A stretch of DNA of 64,000 nt from Eledone cirrhosa (taxonomy: Eukaryota). The stretch is taken from NCBI GenBank assembly GCA_964016885.1, contig OZ024742.1, positions 71,734,001 through 71,798,000 of the forward strand. The letters run 5' to 3'. The stretch's first letter is position 1. Every line of letters begins with the position of its first letter. A model generated the notes under the pieces. It searched no databases. It saw nothing but the letters and a program-made list of their open reading frames with translations, and was not told where the DNA came from. This document shows, piece by piece, positions 27,610-39,366 of this stretch. A program made the translations under genes and the position numbers.

Positions 27610-29089
27610 CTAAATTATAAATACAAAAATTTAACAATAAGGATTTTTTCAAAATTTCAATTTCAAATACGAATACAAAGTTACAAAACTGGAGCAAAAA
27701 GTGTAGAATCAATTGATCCACGTGTATAACCCTTTTAATACTAAACCACCTAAAATCACCCCTGGTCCTATGATAAGAAACTGTTTTAAAGTATTTATAT
27801 TTATCTATAAACATGCTATCATAATTTTATGTTAGAACTTTTATTAAATTATATTCCATTTTTTAATAATGAGAAAGTTAGTTATATTATAAAATCCCTT
27901 TAAAATTATAGCATCTTTTATTAGAAATTATCATCATCTTCATCATCACCATCATCATCACTGTTTTACATCTCTTTTCTATGTTAGCATGGCTTGTATA
28001 GGTTGTCACGTTCTGAGACTATAACAGGTCAGATAATCATGCCTTGCTCATACATTCCATGTTGGCACAATTTCTACAACTAGATCCCCTTCCTAATGCC
28101 AACCACATTATAGAGTGGACTGGGTACATTTTATCATGGCACCAACACTGACTACAGAGTGTACTGGCTGTATTTTATTATGGTATCAGCACCACCACTC
28201 TACAGAGTGTACTCAGAGTGGCACCAGCACTACCATATTACAGAGTGTACTGGGTACATTTTATCATGGCACCAGCCCTACTATATTACAGAGTGTACTG
28301 GAAAGAAAAGGGTTAATTACATATTACTGTCCTCACCTCAATTAAAGAAAATATCAGCCCCTAACTGGAACATGAAAGTAACTAAGTTCAACAAGACAAT
28401 ACATTCATTACTATTCTAAAAATAACCAGTCAATACTACTGTTAAAGAAGGCCTCCAAGTAATTATTCAGTCTGCAAGAAGTAGTGAATAGACCAAAGAA
28501 AAGATGTGATGACATTGGGAAGAATGATCTTAAGGAACTGAATTTCATAATGACATGGGACCGAGTTGACTGGTGATATGCCATAATACAAAAGGACCAT
28601 CGACCAGTACAAGCACTGTAACCCTAAAAGTAAACATAATGACAGAGTTTGGTAATTGAAATTGATTCACAGTCTGGCTTGGCATGTGCTGATGTCATGA
28701 AAAATGCACCCAGTATGACCAGCATTGATCACACTAATCCATCTGGTCTTGGACTGTGCCACCCCTTTCAACCCACACCAGCATGGAAAAGGGATGCAAA
28801 ATGAAGATAATGATGAAATATTTAAAAATAATAAACATGAAAAGAGAAAAGAAGGACAAAATTTAGGGAGGAAAAAACTAAATACTGAAAAAAGTGGGAA
28901 GGGAAGCAGCAAACTCTACACCCCTGTCTGGGCAGTATATCTCAGCTGCGCTGCGCAGACAAGATGATGAAAGCATTGCCACAGAGAAAAGCCAGGGACA
29001 TTTAGCATCAGCCATTCCACCTCATGCAGGATGCACTCCTCCTAATTTTGAGGAAGAAAAAGGCCAAGGACACTGGAGGTCTTGATAGT

Positions 29090-30000
29090 GACCAGAATGC
29101 AAAGAAAGCAGGCAGTGAAGTCATGGTATTTGGATATCCTCCACTCCTATATGTTACAGGTGGTGGTGTCAGATTTGAACCAGAGAATGTAACAGAGTAT
29201 GTGGTATCCCAGATAAGAGATTTACCTGCCTGGGCACCTACTGCCACAACAGCCAACATCGACAGGCTCCAGTTGTGATAAGAAACTGATCACATCAAAG
29301 CCCCTTCTGTTGTCATTCAAAGCAACATGCAGAGGGAACCAACCTGCATTGTAGTGATAGGAGAGTGGATGACAAGGCACAGATCCACTCCAATACAGGT
29401 GTACCAGTTGCTGTAGAGAGCACCAAACTGAGCCATACACTGCTGTTTGGTTACAAGGCAGACCATAGATAGGCAAGACTCAATCTGCATGCATGTTGAA
29501 CGACATTTAATGTCATTCCAGTTATGTTGGTATCCTACATACTGAGGGATAGGGAGGCCAACATCAACTCAAACATCTAAAGCTAACACTAGTTCCCAGT
29601 TCACATTTGGTTTTCTCATTTTGCAGAAAACCTCACTGATGATGGTGCAGCTGGAGATGATAGTTAACAAGTGGGCTGGCAATGCGCAGAGACTGAGGCC
29701 ACCAAAATCCACAGGGAGTTTTGCTTTTTGCTATCCAGTGTTGTCAAAATCTACATTCCAGTGGTGATGGTGGCATAAAGTTTGCTAGGATGTCACATAC
29801 AAAGATGACAAAACATACCGCACAGCAAAAAGAGAAGTTTTGAGAGGGCAAAGTAGTTCCTCAGTAAGAAGAGCATCAGGTGTGCATCAATGAAGTGCAC
29901 TGTCCATTATCCTTGCCAGATCAGTTGTTTGATCTCCAAACACTTTCGTATATCTTTCAAGAGAATTGGTGAGCTGAGATGTAGACATCAGCTCTCGCTG
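29090..30000 (-). mobile_element. decayed CRE-like (restriction-like endonuclease) non-LTR retrotransposon fragment
   Basis: Remnants AKLPVDFGGLSL, HPLSYHYNAGWFPLHVALND..RRGFD...LEPV and GKSLIWDTT..VTFSGSNL, resembling the CRE zinc knuckle and PD-(D/E)xK nuclease region. Confidence 0.6.
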
Positions 30001-30791
30001 TTAGATGTACCTCAGTCAGAATGAACTGAATACTAAAGGGTGTCATTATATTCAATACCTCAGTCTATGATGAGTTAATCTCAAGTCCAACAGACAGACT
30101 CAACAACATTTGAATAAAATTAATTTAAAGTAAAATTTTACTCATGTTTTCTATTTTTTAGAAAAACAATTTTTTTTTTCAGAATACTTCACTAATTTAC
30201 ATAATTACTCTAATTGAATTACTTTTCCCAATGTCTACTGCAGAATTTCAGGGTATCCAACGTTCTTTGTTTTTCTCTTTGTATCTAAAAAGAACAAATT
30301 ACCGATAATGTCACATAGCCTATGACCTTCTCCTTAAAAAATATACAACAATGCAAAATTTCAGTAACTTAAGAGCACAACTGTGGTCTACAACAAGGAA
30401 AACACACATATTCATTATCATTTTTATATCCATTTTCCCAAGCTTGCATGGCTTAGACAAGTACAGCATCTCATTTGTTTCTTTTTCCATCTTTATGAGG
30501 AGTTATTTCTTGAGGTGAACTTTCACTACCTTTACCATGTCTTTCTTGGTCATTTTCTTCTTTAAATTAACTTCCACTTCTTCACACAGTGATCATCATC
30601 CAATTGCATTACATGTCCATACCAGTGTAATGTTCTCTCTTGCACAGAATATGATTCTTCTTATACTCAGTTTTCTCTCAACTCACTCATACTTTGTTGT
30701 TCCTGCACACTAACATCACACATTCAATGGAGCATGTTCACTTTCATATAATAAGAGGGAAATAACTAAAAGTAAAAGATTAACCACATAC

Positions 30792-30927
30792 CACTTTACT
30801 GAAAGAGAAGACAGGTAAAGGGTCAAGAAATTTGTTCACTTTGGGGTGGTCATGTACATTGATCACCATTTCCATGTCTGGAAGGTCTTTCAGTAGTTTC
30901 TTTATAAAATGTTCTACACCACTGCAA
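30792..30927 (-). CDS. POGLUT1: POGLUT1 exon 4 ([45 protein letters not shown])
   Basis: tttttag acceptor, GTATGT donor (a second GT lies 3 nt upstream); [17 protein letters not shown] and PVFSFSK motifs; contains the Asp equivalent to the catalytic base. Confidence 0.95.
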
Positions 30928-32662
30928 CTAAAAACAGAGAGGAAAATAAGACAAAATGTATTTGTTGGTTGTCAGCAGTAGATTAACGATAGATATGGAC
31001 CCTTGTCTAAAAGTAGATGGCCATATAGCAGTGTTAATCATTTGATACTAAACCACCTGAAACTGCCTAAGATTCTATGATATTAAGCTGTTTACTTTAA
31101 AGTTTTAATAATTATATATAAATCTTTCATAATAATTTTATGCAAGAACCTTTGATAAGCAACACTCCAAATACCAGCTTAATGATTTCCAATTTAGGCA
31201 CAAGTCCAGCAATTAGCAGGGAGGGGAAAGGCGATTATATTAACCCCAGTATTTTACTGGTACTTTACTGACTGCAGAAGGATGAAAGACAAAGTTGAAA
31301 TTGAGGAGGATAGAAGCCCAGAACATAGACTGGCTGTATCTGGCCAGAATTCTCTCACCTCTTACTGTTCAAACCGGCTGTAATCAGCTGCTCATACTTA
31401 TGTTAAGATATTGTTCTCAAAATAAATAATATCAAAACCTCGTAGATTCGATTTTATGTGAGATAATTATACTGCGAAAATACAGTAGTAAACATAGAGT
31501 AATGTAAATGCCAAACGGTTAATATCTATTTTCCATGCTTGCATAGCATATGGAACCAGCACTACCACTTTTCATGATGACAGGGTACTTTTTATTATGG
31601 CACCAGCACTATCACTTTACAAAGTAGACAGGGTACATTTTGTTGTGGGACCAGCACCACCACCTTATAAATTGGACTGGGTGCCTTTTCATTTTGGTAC
31701 CAGCACAACCACCTTACAGGTTATTGTCACAGTACAAGTAAAATCACTTAAGGGGGAGTAAGGAAGAATAGTAAGAGAGGAAACAATAGAGGAATTTCCC
31801 TGGGGTAGAATGTGAGGAAAGAAGTTCCTTGGGGTTTAAAGTCATGGTACAAAGGGTGGGTGTAGTAGTAGTAGTAGTAGTAGTAGCAGTAGGCACCAAA
31901 ATGACTATTTACAGTGTGGACTGGGCACTTTTGTTGTGCCACCAAAATTACAACTATACAGTATGGATTGGAGGTTTTTTGTCATATCTCCAGCATGACC
32001 ATGTCACGGGTTGGACTTGGTGCTTTTGTTAAGGTGCTGTCTAGCCTACTTTACAGAGTGGGCTGGGCATTTATTGTCATGTCCTACTATCAATCCGACC
32101 ACTCCACAGACCAGACACCTTCTGTCATGCCAGCAACATGTCTCCCTTACAGGGTGGGATAGGTGCCTCCTGTCATGTCAACTTGACCACCTCACAGGGG
32201 GTGTCTGGGCACCCACTCGTCATGTCACCAGCACACCAACCCTGCAGGCAGGGCTAGGTGCACTTTTGTCATGAAATCAACATGAGCACCTTACATAGTG
32301 AACTAAGGGCTCTTGTTGTCACCAGCATGGCCAACTGACAGCTTTCAGCCATCCCAGCAGCAATTTGAGAGAGCGTGTTGCAGTTTCCATACTTGTATAC
32401 ATGGGTAGGTCAAGAGAGATGCATCAGATGAGGGAAATTGTGGAGTGGGTGTGTGTATGTAGAGTAGGCGTTGGAGAGGTAGGTCTAGGGTGGGATATTT
32501 AGGAAGGATTGGAGTAATTAAGATGTAGGAGGAGTGGGGGGGGGGGGGTGCCAACTAGAGACCACTTCATCCCGCTATGTATATATACATATACACATAC
32601 ATATATTAACATAATTATATTTTTAAAATATGAGTAAAATTTGTGAATAAAGAAAAACATAC

Positions 32663-32809
32663 CGGAATGGGAACATACATTCTTTTTCCCGATACAACTG
32701 GTTTCTTGCAATTTGGTAATAGACACCCCTTTCTTTAGCTGCTTTCATCTCTGCTTTACTAATACCCTTCTTCCCATGCTCCCATATATAAAGATCATCA
32801 TCTAGAACC
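32663..32809 (-). CDS. POGLUT1: POGLUT1 exon 3 (VLDDDLYIW...GVYYQIARNQLYREKECMFPFR)
   Basis: cttttag acceptor, GTATGT donor, 147 nt; YQI..N.LYRE..CMFP.R motif of POGLUT1. Confidence 0.95.
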
Positions 32810-33329
32810 CTAAAAGAAGAAGAGATATAGAATAATATCACAGAATGTAGCGGCTATTTACACTGTATATAACGTATAGCAATATAACACTGGTGTTGGA
32901 AGTAATGTAGAGATATCTATAGTAATATAATATCGGTGTTAGTTGCAGTGTAGTGATATCTATAGTATTATAACATTGGTGTGGGCATTGTAGTGATATC
33001 TATAGTATTGTAATATTTCACTTACACTTAACAGTGGGTAGAATGACTTGGAATATCATTGTTCACATATAAAAAAATAATTTAAACAAATGATAATAAA
33101 ATATAATAAAATATGTTGTAGTTTGCTGGTTAGTCAAGGTATTTCTTCATGACTTGTGTCTGCATCCATTTCACATGTGTAAATATACACACATACAGAC
33201 ATATATACACACACTATCCCTTTTTGTAACAACCAACATGCTACACCAACAACAGTATTTTCCAGTACAAGAACAATAAAATATGTTGATAAATTGACTG
33301 AAAACCGAAAAATAATGGTAAAAACTTAC

Positions 33330-33420
33330 TGAATATGGCAGCTACAGTTGGTCTGTTCACAAGCTTTGTAATTCTTATTAGCTTCCTCTATTAGGTTTAA
33401 GTATTTCTGCCATTTATTGT
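33330..33420 (-). CDS. POGLUT1: POGLUT1 exon 2 (DNKWQKYLNLIEEANKNYKACEQTNCSCHIQ)
   Basis: tttttcag acceptor, GTAAGT donor, 91 nt; resembles the POGLUT1 N-terminal segment KW..F..QINRSLENYEPC..NCSCY as recalled. Confidence 0.92.
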
Positions 33421-33687
33421 CTGAAAAATAATGTAATTAAAAAGATGGTGACTTTTTGTAGGTTCAATCATAAGAATGGTGAGAGAGAGATTTTTTTGCT
33501 ATAGTAGTTTGTTGGAAAAGAGAGAGAGAGAGTAAATATTTGTTGTTATTTAGATTTCTGTAACTCAACAACTCCAGTATTAACATTAATAAATTTGCAT
33601 AGATAGGTGGAAGTGTTGGTGCCAGGATAAAATTCACCCAGTAGGGTGGTTGGCTTTCAGAATGGCATCCAACCCTAGAAACCATGC

Positions 33688-33724
<37 letters not shown>

Positions 33725-33804
33725 AATACGAGAATGTGAAGAAATAATAGGTATTTATTTATGTCTAATGTTTTTTCTTTCTTTATAATGTATTATATAT
33801 ATAC

Positions 33805-35465
33805 AAATAGACGAGATGCAATTTGGGTTTGTACCAGGAAGAGGCACCACTGATGCCCTCTTCCTTGTGAGGCAATTACAGGAAAAGTACCTAGCTAAAA
33901 GTAAGCCACTCTACTTGGCATTTGTCGACCTTGAGAAAGCCTTAGACAGAGTTCCACATGCTGTAATCTGGTGGGCTCTTAGAAAACTAGGAGTAGATGA
34001 ATGGCTTGTGAAAGCGGTACAAGCCATGTATAGGGGAGCAGTCAGCAAAGTTAGGATTAGCAATGAGTATAGCGAGGAATTTAGCGTACAGGTTGGGGTC
34101 CACCAGGGCTCTGTTCTTAGCCCCCTCCTGTTCATCATAGTCCTGCAGGCAATAACGGAGGAGTTTAAGACCGGATGCCCATGGGAACTCCTGTATGCTG
34201 ATGACCTCGCACTCATAGCTGAATCTATGGTAGAACTAGAGAATAAATTCCAAACCTGGAAGCAGGGACTAGAAAGAAAGGGTCTCAAAGTCAACATGAC
34301 AAAGACTAAGGTCCTTGTAAGTAGACGAGAAAACAGAACCCAGATCCCCTCATGGAAATGGCCTTGCTCAGTATGTAGGAAAGGTGTAGGTAGGAACTCC
34401 ATTCTCTGCCCCAAATGCAAACAATGGGTACACAAGAGATGTAGCGGGATCTCAGGAAGCTTAATTAAGAATGTAGGCTTCACATGCAGCAGCTGTGCTG
34501 AGACAGAAAGCAGCAAACAGCCACAGGAAACAAGTACCACCAATCTCTGGGAGGGCTCTGTAGAAACAGTAGACAGCTTATGCTACCTAGGTGACTGAAT
34601 TAGCAGCGGAGGTGGGTGTTCAGAAAGTAGAATAACTAGGGTAAGAACGGGATGGAAGAAGTTTAGGGAACTACTACCACTGCTAGCTGCAAAAGGCTTC
34701 TCCCTCAGAATGAAAGGCAGACTGTATGATGCGTGTATCCGAACAGCAATGTTGCATGGTAGTGAGACCTGGGCGCTGAAGGTGGAAGACTTACGTAGAT
34801 TAGAGAGAAACGAAGCCTGCATGCTCCGATGGATGTGTAACAGTAATATACGTGAACGACAAAGCATAAATGAATTGAGAGAGAGACTGAGCATAAGAGG
34901 AATCAAATGCTGTGTGCAGGAGAGGCGGTTGCGCTGGTATAGACATGTGATGCGTATGAAGGACAGCTGCATAAAAAGGTGCAGAGCACTAGAGGTTGAT
35001 GGAAACCGCGGAGTGGGGAGACCCAAGATGACCTGGGATGAGGTGATAAAAGCCGACCTTACCCAATTACACCTCTCAAAGGCAATGACACACGACCGTG
35101 ACTTCTGGCGTCACGCAGTAATACAGAGTACCCGACCTCCCATGGGTACAAGCTGAAGCATATAGACAATATGCCCCCACACCCTCCACCGCAAGGTGTT
35201 CGTGGAGGTGCCACGGCAAAAAAGCACCCAGCCCACACTGTAAAGTGGACGTGTAGGCGCCACGAAAAAGCACCCAGCACTCACTGTAAATGAGGTTGGT
35301 GTTAGGAAGGGCATCCAGCTGTAGAAATCAAGCCAAATCAGTTCCTGTATGAGCAAGGCATGGTCAGCCGACCAGACACTGCCCACAACAGGACAACCCG
35401 TCTAACCCATGCTAGCGTGGAAGAACGGACGTAGAACGGTGATGATGATGATGATGATGATGATA
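33805..35465 (+). mobile_element. RTE-clade LINE, 5'-truncated, one in-frame stop (34596-34598), (GAT)n tail
   Basis: ORFs 33816..34598 and 34710..35156 share a frame; RT motifs QGSVLSP and YADD, PHD-like Cys motif, 3' UTR with GGAAGGGCATCC motif. Confidence 0.93.
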
Positions 35466-37219
35466 TATATATCATCATCATCATATATATATATATATAT
35501 ATATGGCTTCTACAGGACTAGAACTGTTTCATTCAGAAGAAATCATCAGGAAAGCCTGATGATTTCTATATTAAACTTGATGTTTACACTCAACAAATGT
35601 ATTGAGTACCTTACTAACTGTGGTTACCCGTAATTGAATCTGGGATGCAGCTGAATGGTTAAGAAATTTGCTTTACAATCATGAGGTTCTGGGTTCAATT
35701 TCATTGCATGACATGATGGGCTTTTACCGTAGCCTTGGGTTAATCCAAGACATGGGAGTGAAACTGGATAGATGGAAACTGTGTGGAAGCCCATGAAATA
35801 GATTATAGCTATATTTCTAAGGTCTAACCTTGTCAAATATTGTGCCACACTTGTTTGGCTTGAAAATTACATGAGGAATACTTACATGTTAATTTGTGAG
35901 TTGAAGATTCAGTAGAACAAACAACTAATATTGTCATTAAGAAAACTGAGAGTAGGTTTATCAATAAAGTTGCCTCTTTTGTAATTCACATGTGTGAAGT
36001 GATTGAACTGTTGGTGAATAGCCTGCCACTCTAATCAACACTGAAGAGGTCAACTGATAGAGTTATGTTATCACCATTGTTTTTATGTTCACTTTTCCAC
36101 ATTGACAAGATACTGTAGAAAAGTGGCAGTATTCTGTGGCAGGATGTCTACCCTGATGCCAACATTTACATATTTTTAAATGATGTATTCCACTGATCAT
36201 CACATGTCGAGGTGCTGAGCCACCAAATGTATTGTTTATGTGAGACAACTTGTATCAATGCCGAGATACACACACATATACATGTGTGTGTGATGGGCTT
36301 CTATAGAGTTTCTACCTACCAAATTTCATTGGCCAACCCATGCCTATAGTAGAATAGACTTGGTCAAATTGCCATACAGTAGGATAAAACTTGAAACCAT
36401 GCGACTGCAAAAGAACCTAACCACACAACAATAACTAAAGTATATAAAGAAACAAGTTAAATCCATCTCGACAGAAAAAAAGAATGAGAAATAACAGGTG
36501 TTATTTATACAGAAACAAAAAACAATACAAATACTCATAATTAATGAGGTAACATGCAGCTTTCAGCTCACACAAATCCCCGTGGGAATTGACCATAATG
36601 GAGAATAATCCAAGGAAACATTGGAATAAACAGCAATAATTCATTAGTAAATAACAAGATAATTCTTTCTTATTGTTAATAAAAAAAAGGGAAGCATGTT
36701 GGTCCTATGTTCTAGATTTGTGGAGATGTGTAACCTAGGAGTTAAGCTGTTGGACTCACAATTATATAGTTGTAGGATAAATTCAATTCAATGTTAATAT
36801 GATGTTTAACAATGATTGGCATACACACATACCCCTCTCTCCTCCCCATATTATATCATCATCATCATTGTTTCTATGTCCATGTTTCCAGTCTGGGATG
36901 GGTTGTACGGGATATTTAAAGAATGCTTTACAGCTGGATGCCCTTCTTGACCTTTGAATTGCCTTTTATGATATGCAGAGATATGGTGTATCTATTCTAA
37001 AAGCCGGGATACAGACAACATCATCATCATCATCATTTCATTTTACGTCCACTTTTCCCTGCTTGCAAGGGTGGGACGGGAACTGATTCTGGCTTGATTT
37101 CTACAGCTGGATGCCCTTCCTAACACCAACCTCATTTACAGTGAGTGCTGGGTGCTTTTTTGCCATGGCACCTACACGACCACTTTGCGGTGGAATGAAA
37201 GGGACACCAGTCCTATCAT

Positions 37220-37362
37220 CTCATTTCTACAGCTGAGTAAACTGGAGCAATGTGAAATAAAGTGTCTTGCTCAAGGAAACAACACATCACCCGGTCTGAG
37301 AATTGAACTCACAACCTTTCGATTGCAAGGCCAATGCTCTAACCACTAAGCCATGTGCCTCC
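37220..37362 (-). mobile_element. tRNA-derived SINE 5' part
   Basis: Minus strand GGCACATGGCTTAGTGGTTAGAGC...GAGTTCAATTC...CCTTGAGCAAGACACTT. Confidence 0.75.
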
Positions 37363-37424
37363 ACATATATATATGTGTGTATCCCGGTTTTTAGAATAAA
37401 TACACCATATCATAAAAGACAACT

Positions 37425-37435
37425 CACACATATAT

Positions 37436-37468
<33 letters not shown>

Positions 37469-37995
37469 CACATATATATATATACACATATATATATACA
37501 CACATATATATACACATATATATATATATACACATATATATATATATACACACATATATATATATACACACATATATATATATACACACATATATATATA
37601 TACACACATATATATATATACACACATATATATATATACACACATATATATATATACACACATATATATATATACACACATATATATATATACACACATA
37701 TATATATATACACACATATATATATATACACACATATATATATATACACATATATATATATATACGCATATATATATATACGCATATATATATATATATA
37801 CGCATATATATATATATATACACATATATATATATATATACACATATATATATATATATACACATATATATATATACACATACACATATATATATATACA
37901 CATATATATATATACACATATATATATATACACATATATATATATACACATATATATATATATACACATATATATATATATATACATATACACAC

Positions 37996-38028
<33 letters not shown>

Positions 38029-38360
38029 CACACATATATATATATATACATATTTGTGTATATATACACATATATATACATATTTGTGTAATATATATAT
38101 ACACATATATATATACATATTTGGTATATATATGTGCACACATATATATATACATATTTGTGTATATATATATGTGTGTGTATATATATATATATATGTA
38201 TATACACGTGTATGTATATATATATGTATAAACACATGTATGTATATATGTATATATATATGCGTGTGTATATATATGTATATATATATATGTGTGTATA
38301 TATATATATATATATACACATGTGCATATATATATATATTTACACACACATATATAGATA
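37425..38360. repeat. long compound (TA)n/(CA)n microsatellite with an 18-bp higher-order unit
   Basis: CACACATATATATATATA repeats; source of the long YI/HT ORFs. Confidence 0.97.
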
Positions 38361-38575
38361 TACACTATTCCGATGATTAGATCAGAGACTCACTGTATTT
38401 AAGGTCGAGTGACGCAACTTCGAGTGATTAGCAGCCTTTAGACTCACCTGAGCAATGAAACAATTGTTAATACTGTAAATAAAACCCTTTGTGTACAGCC
38501 AACTATGTTATTCTTCACTCTTTCACTATATATATACACACATATATATATACATATTTGTATATATATATATAA

Positions 38576-38893
38576 ATGGGAAAAATGAAATTTCATTTCT
38601 CACTCTTAGTACGGCTGATACTGAAATATAAGTATGTATACGTACATACATATATGTATACAGACATACAGTAGTATGTATATACATACATACATGCACA
38701 CATATATATATATGTACGTATGGGTTTACCGAACATGTATTATAATGTTCGGTTTGTTTGTAAACAAGCAGCCCGAATCAAGCCGTACAGTGTTCGGCAA
38801 CCATCGTCCTTTTGTTCAACACTGACAAAGGAGCGATGAACTAATTTCTAGCTTATTAGCAGTCATCAGCACCGTATACCTTCCTGTCAATTG
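38576..38893 (-). mobile_element. diverged solo retrozyme/pLTR-like monomer with degenerate hammerhead (core 38834-38874)
   Basis: Minus strand CGGTG-CTGATGA-CTGCTAATAAGCTA-GAAATTAGTT-CATCG; stem I pairs and extends (TGACA..AAGG / CCTT TGTCA); shares an ACTGAAATA..AGTATG motif with the 466-bp unit; stem II base is mismatched. Confidence 0.55.
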
Positions 38894-39293
38894 ACCCGCC
38901 TTGCCTAAGTACAAAGCGAAACCTACAGTCAGTAGGCACCTCTAACACAAATACACCCCCGTCCCACTACCCCCACCCCATCCACATCACCCCTTTCAAT
39001 GTAAAGTTATGTTGGTACCACAACATCCAGTCCGAAACAAATGAGGTCGTGTCGGTGTCACGACAAAAAAAAAAACACACAGTCCACGCTGTAATGTGGC
39101 CGTGTAGGTAACACGGTAAAAACCTCCCAGTCCAGACTGTAAACGTGGTTGGTGTTAGGAAGGGCATCCAGCCGTAGAAAACCCGCCAGACAGTCCTATA
39201 CAAGCAAGACAAACAATCTTGCCTCAAGTGGGAAAATTCCCGTCCAAACCCATGCAAGCGTGGAAGATGGACGTTAAACGATGATGATGATGA
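38894..39293 (+). mobile_element. RTE 3'-UTR fragment with (GAT)n tail
   Basis: Close match to 40939-41344. Confidence 0.85.
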
Positions 39294-39366
39294 TATATAT
39301 ATATACACATATACATATATGTATATATATATATATATATATATACATATATGTATATGTGTATAT

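Noticed and set aside
37303-38380. Long 260-336 aa ORFs on both strands
   Set aside because: Translations of (TA)n/(CA)n microsatellite; the same applies to the YI/CV/HT-rich ORFs elsewhere.
38365-38530. Solo LTR fragment
   Set aside because: Has an AATAAA and an LTR-like feel but no TG...CA termini, TSD or second copy.
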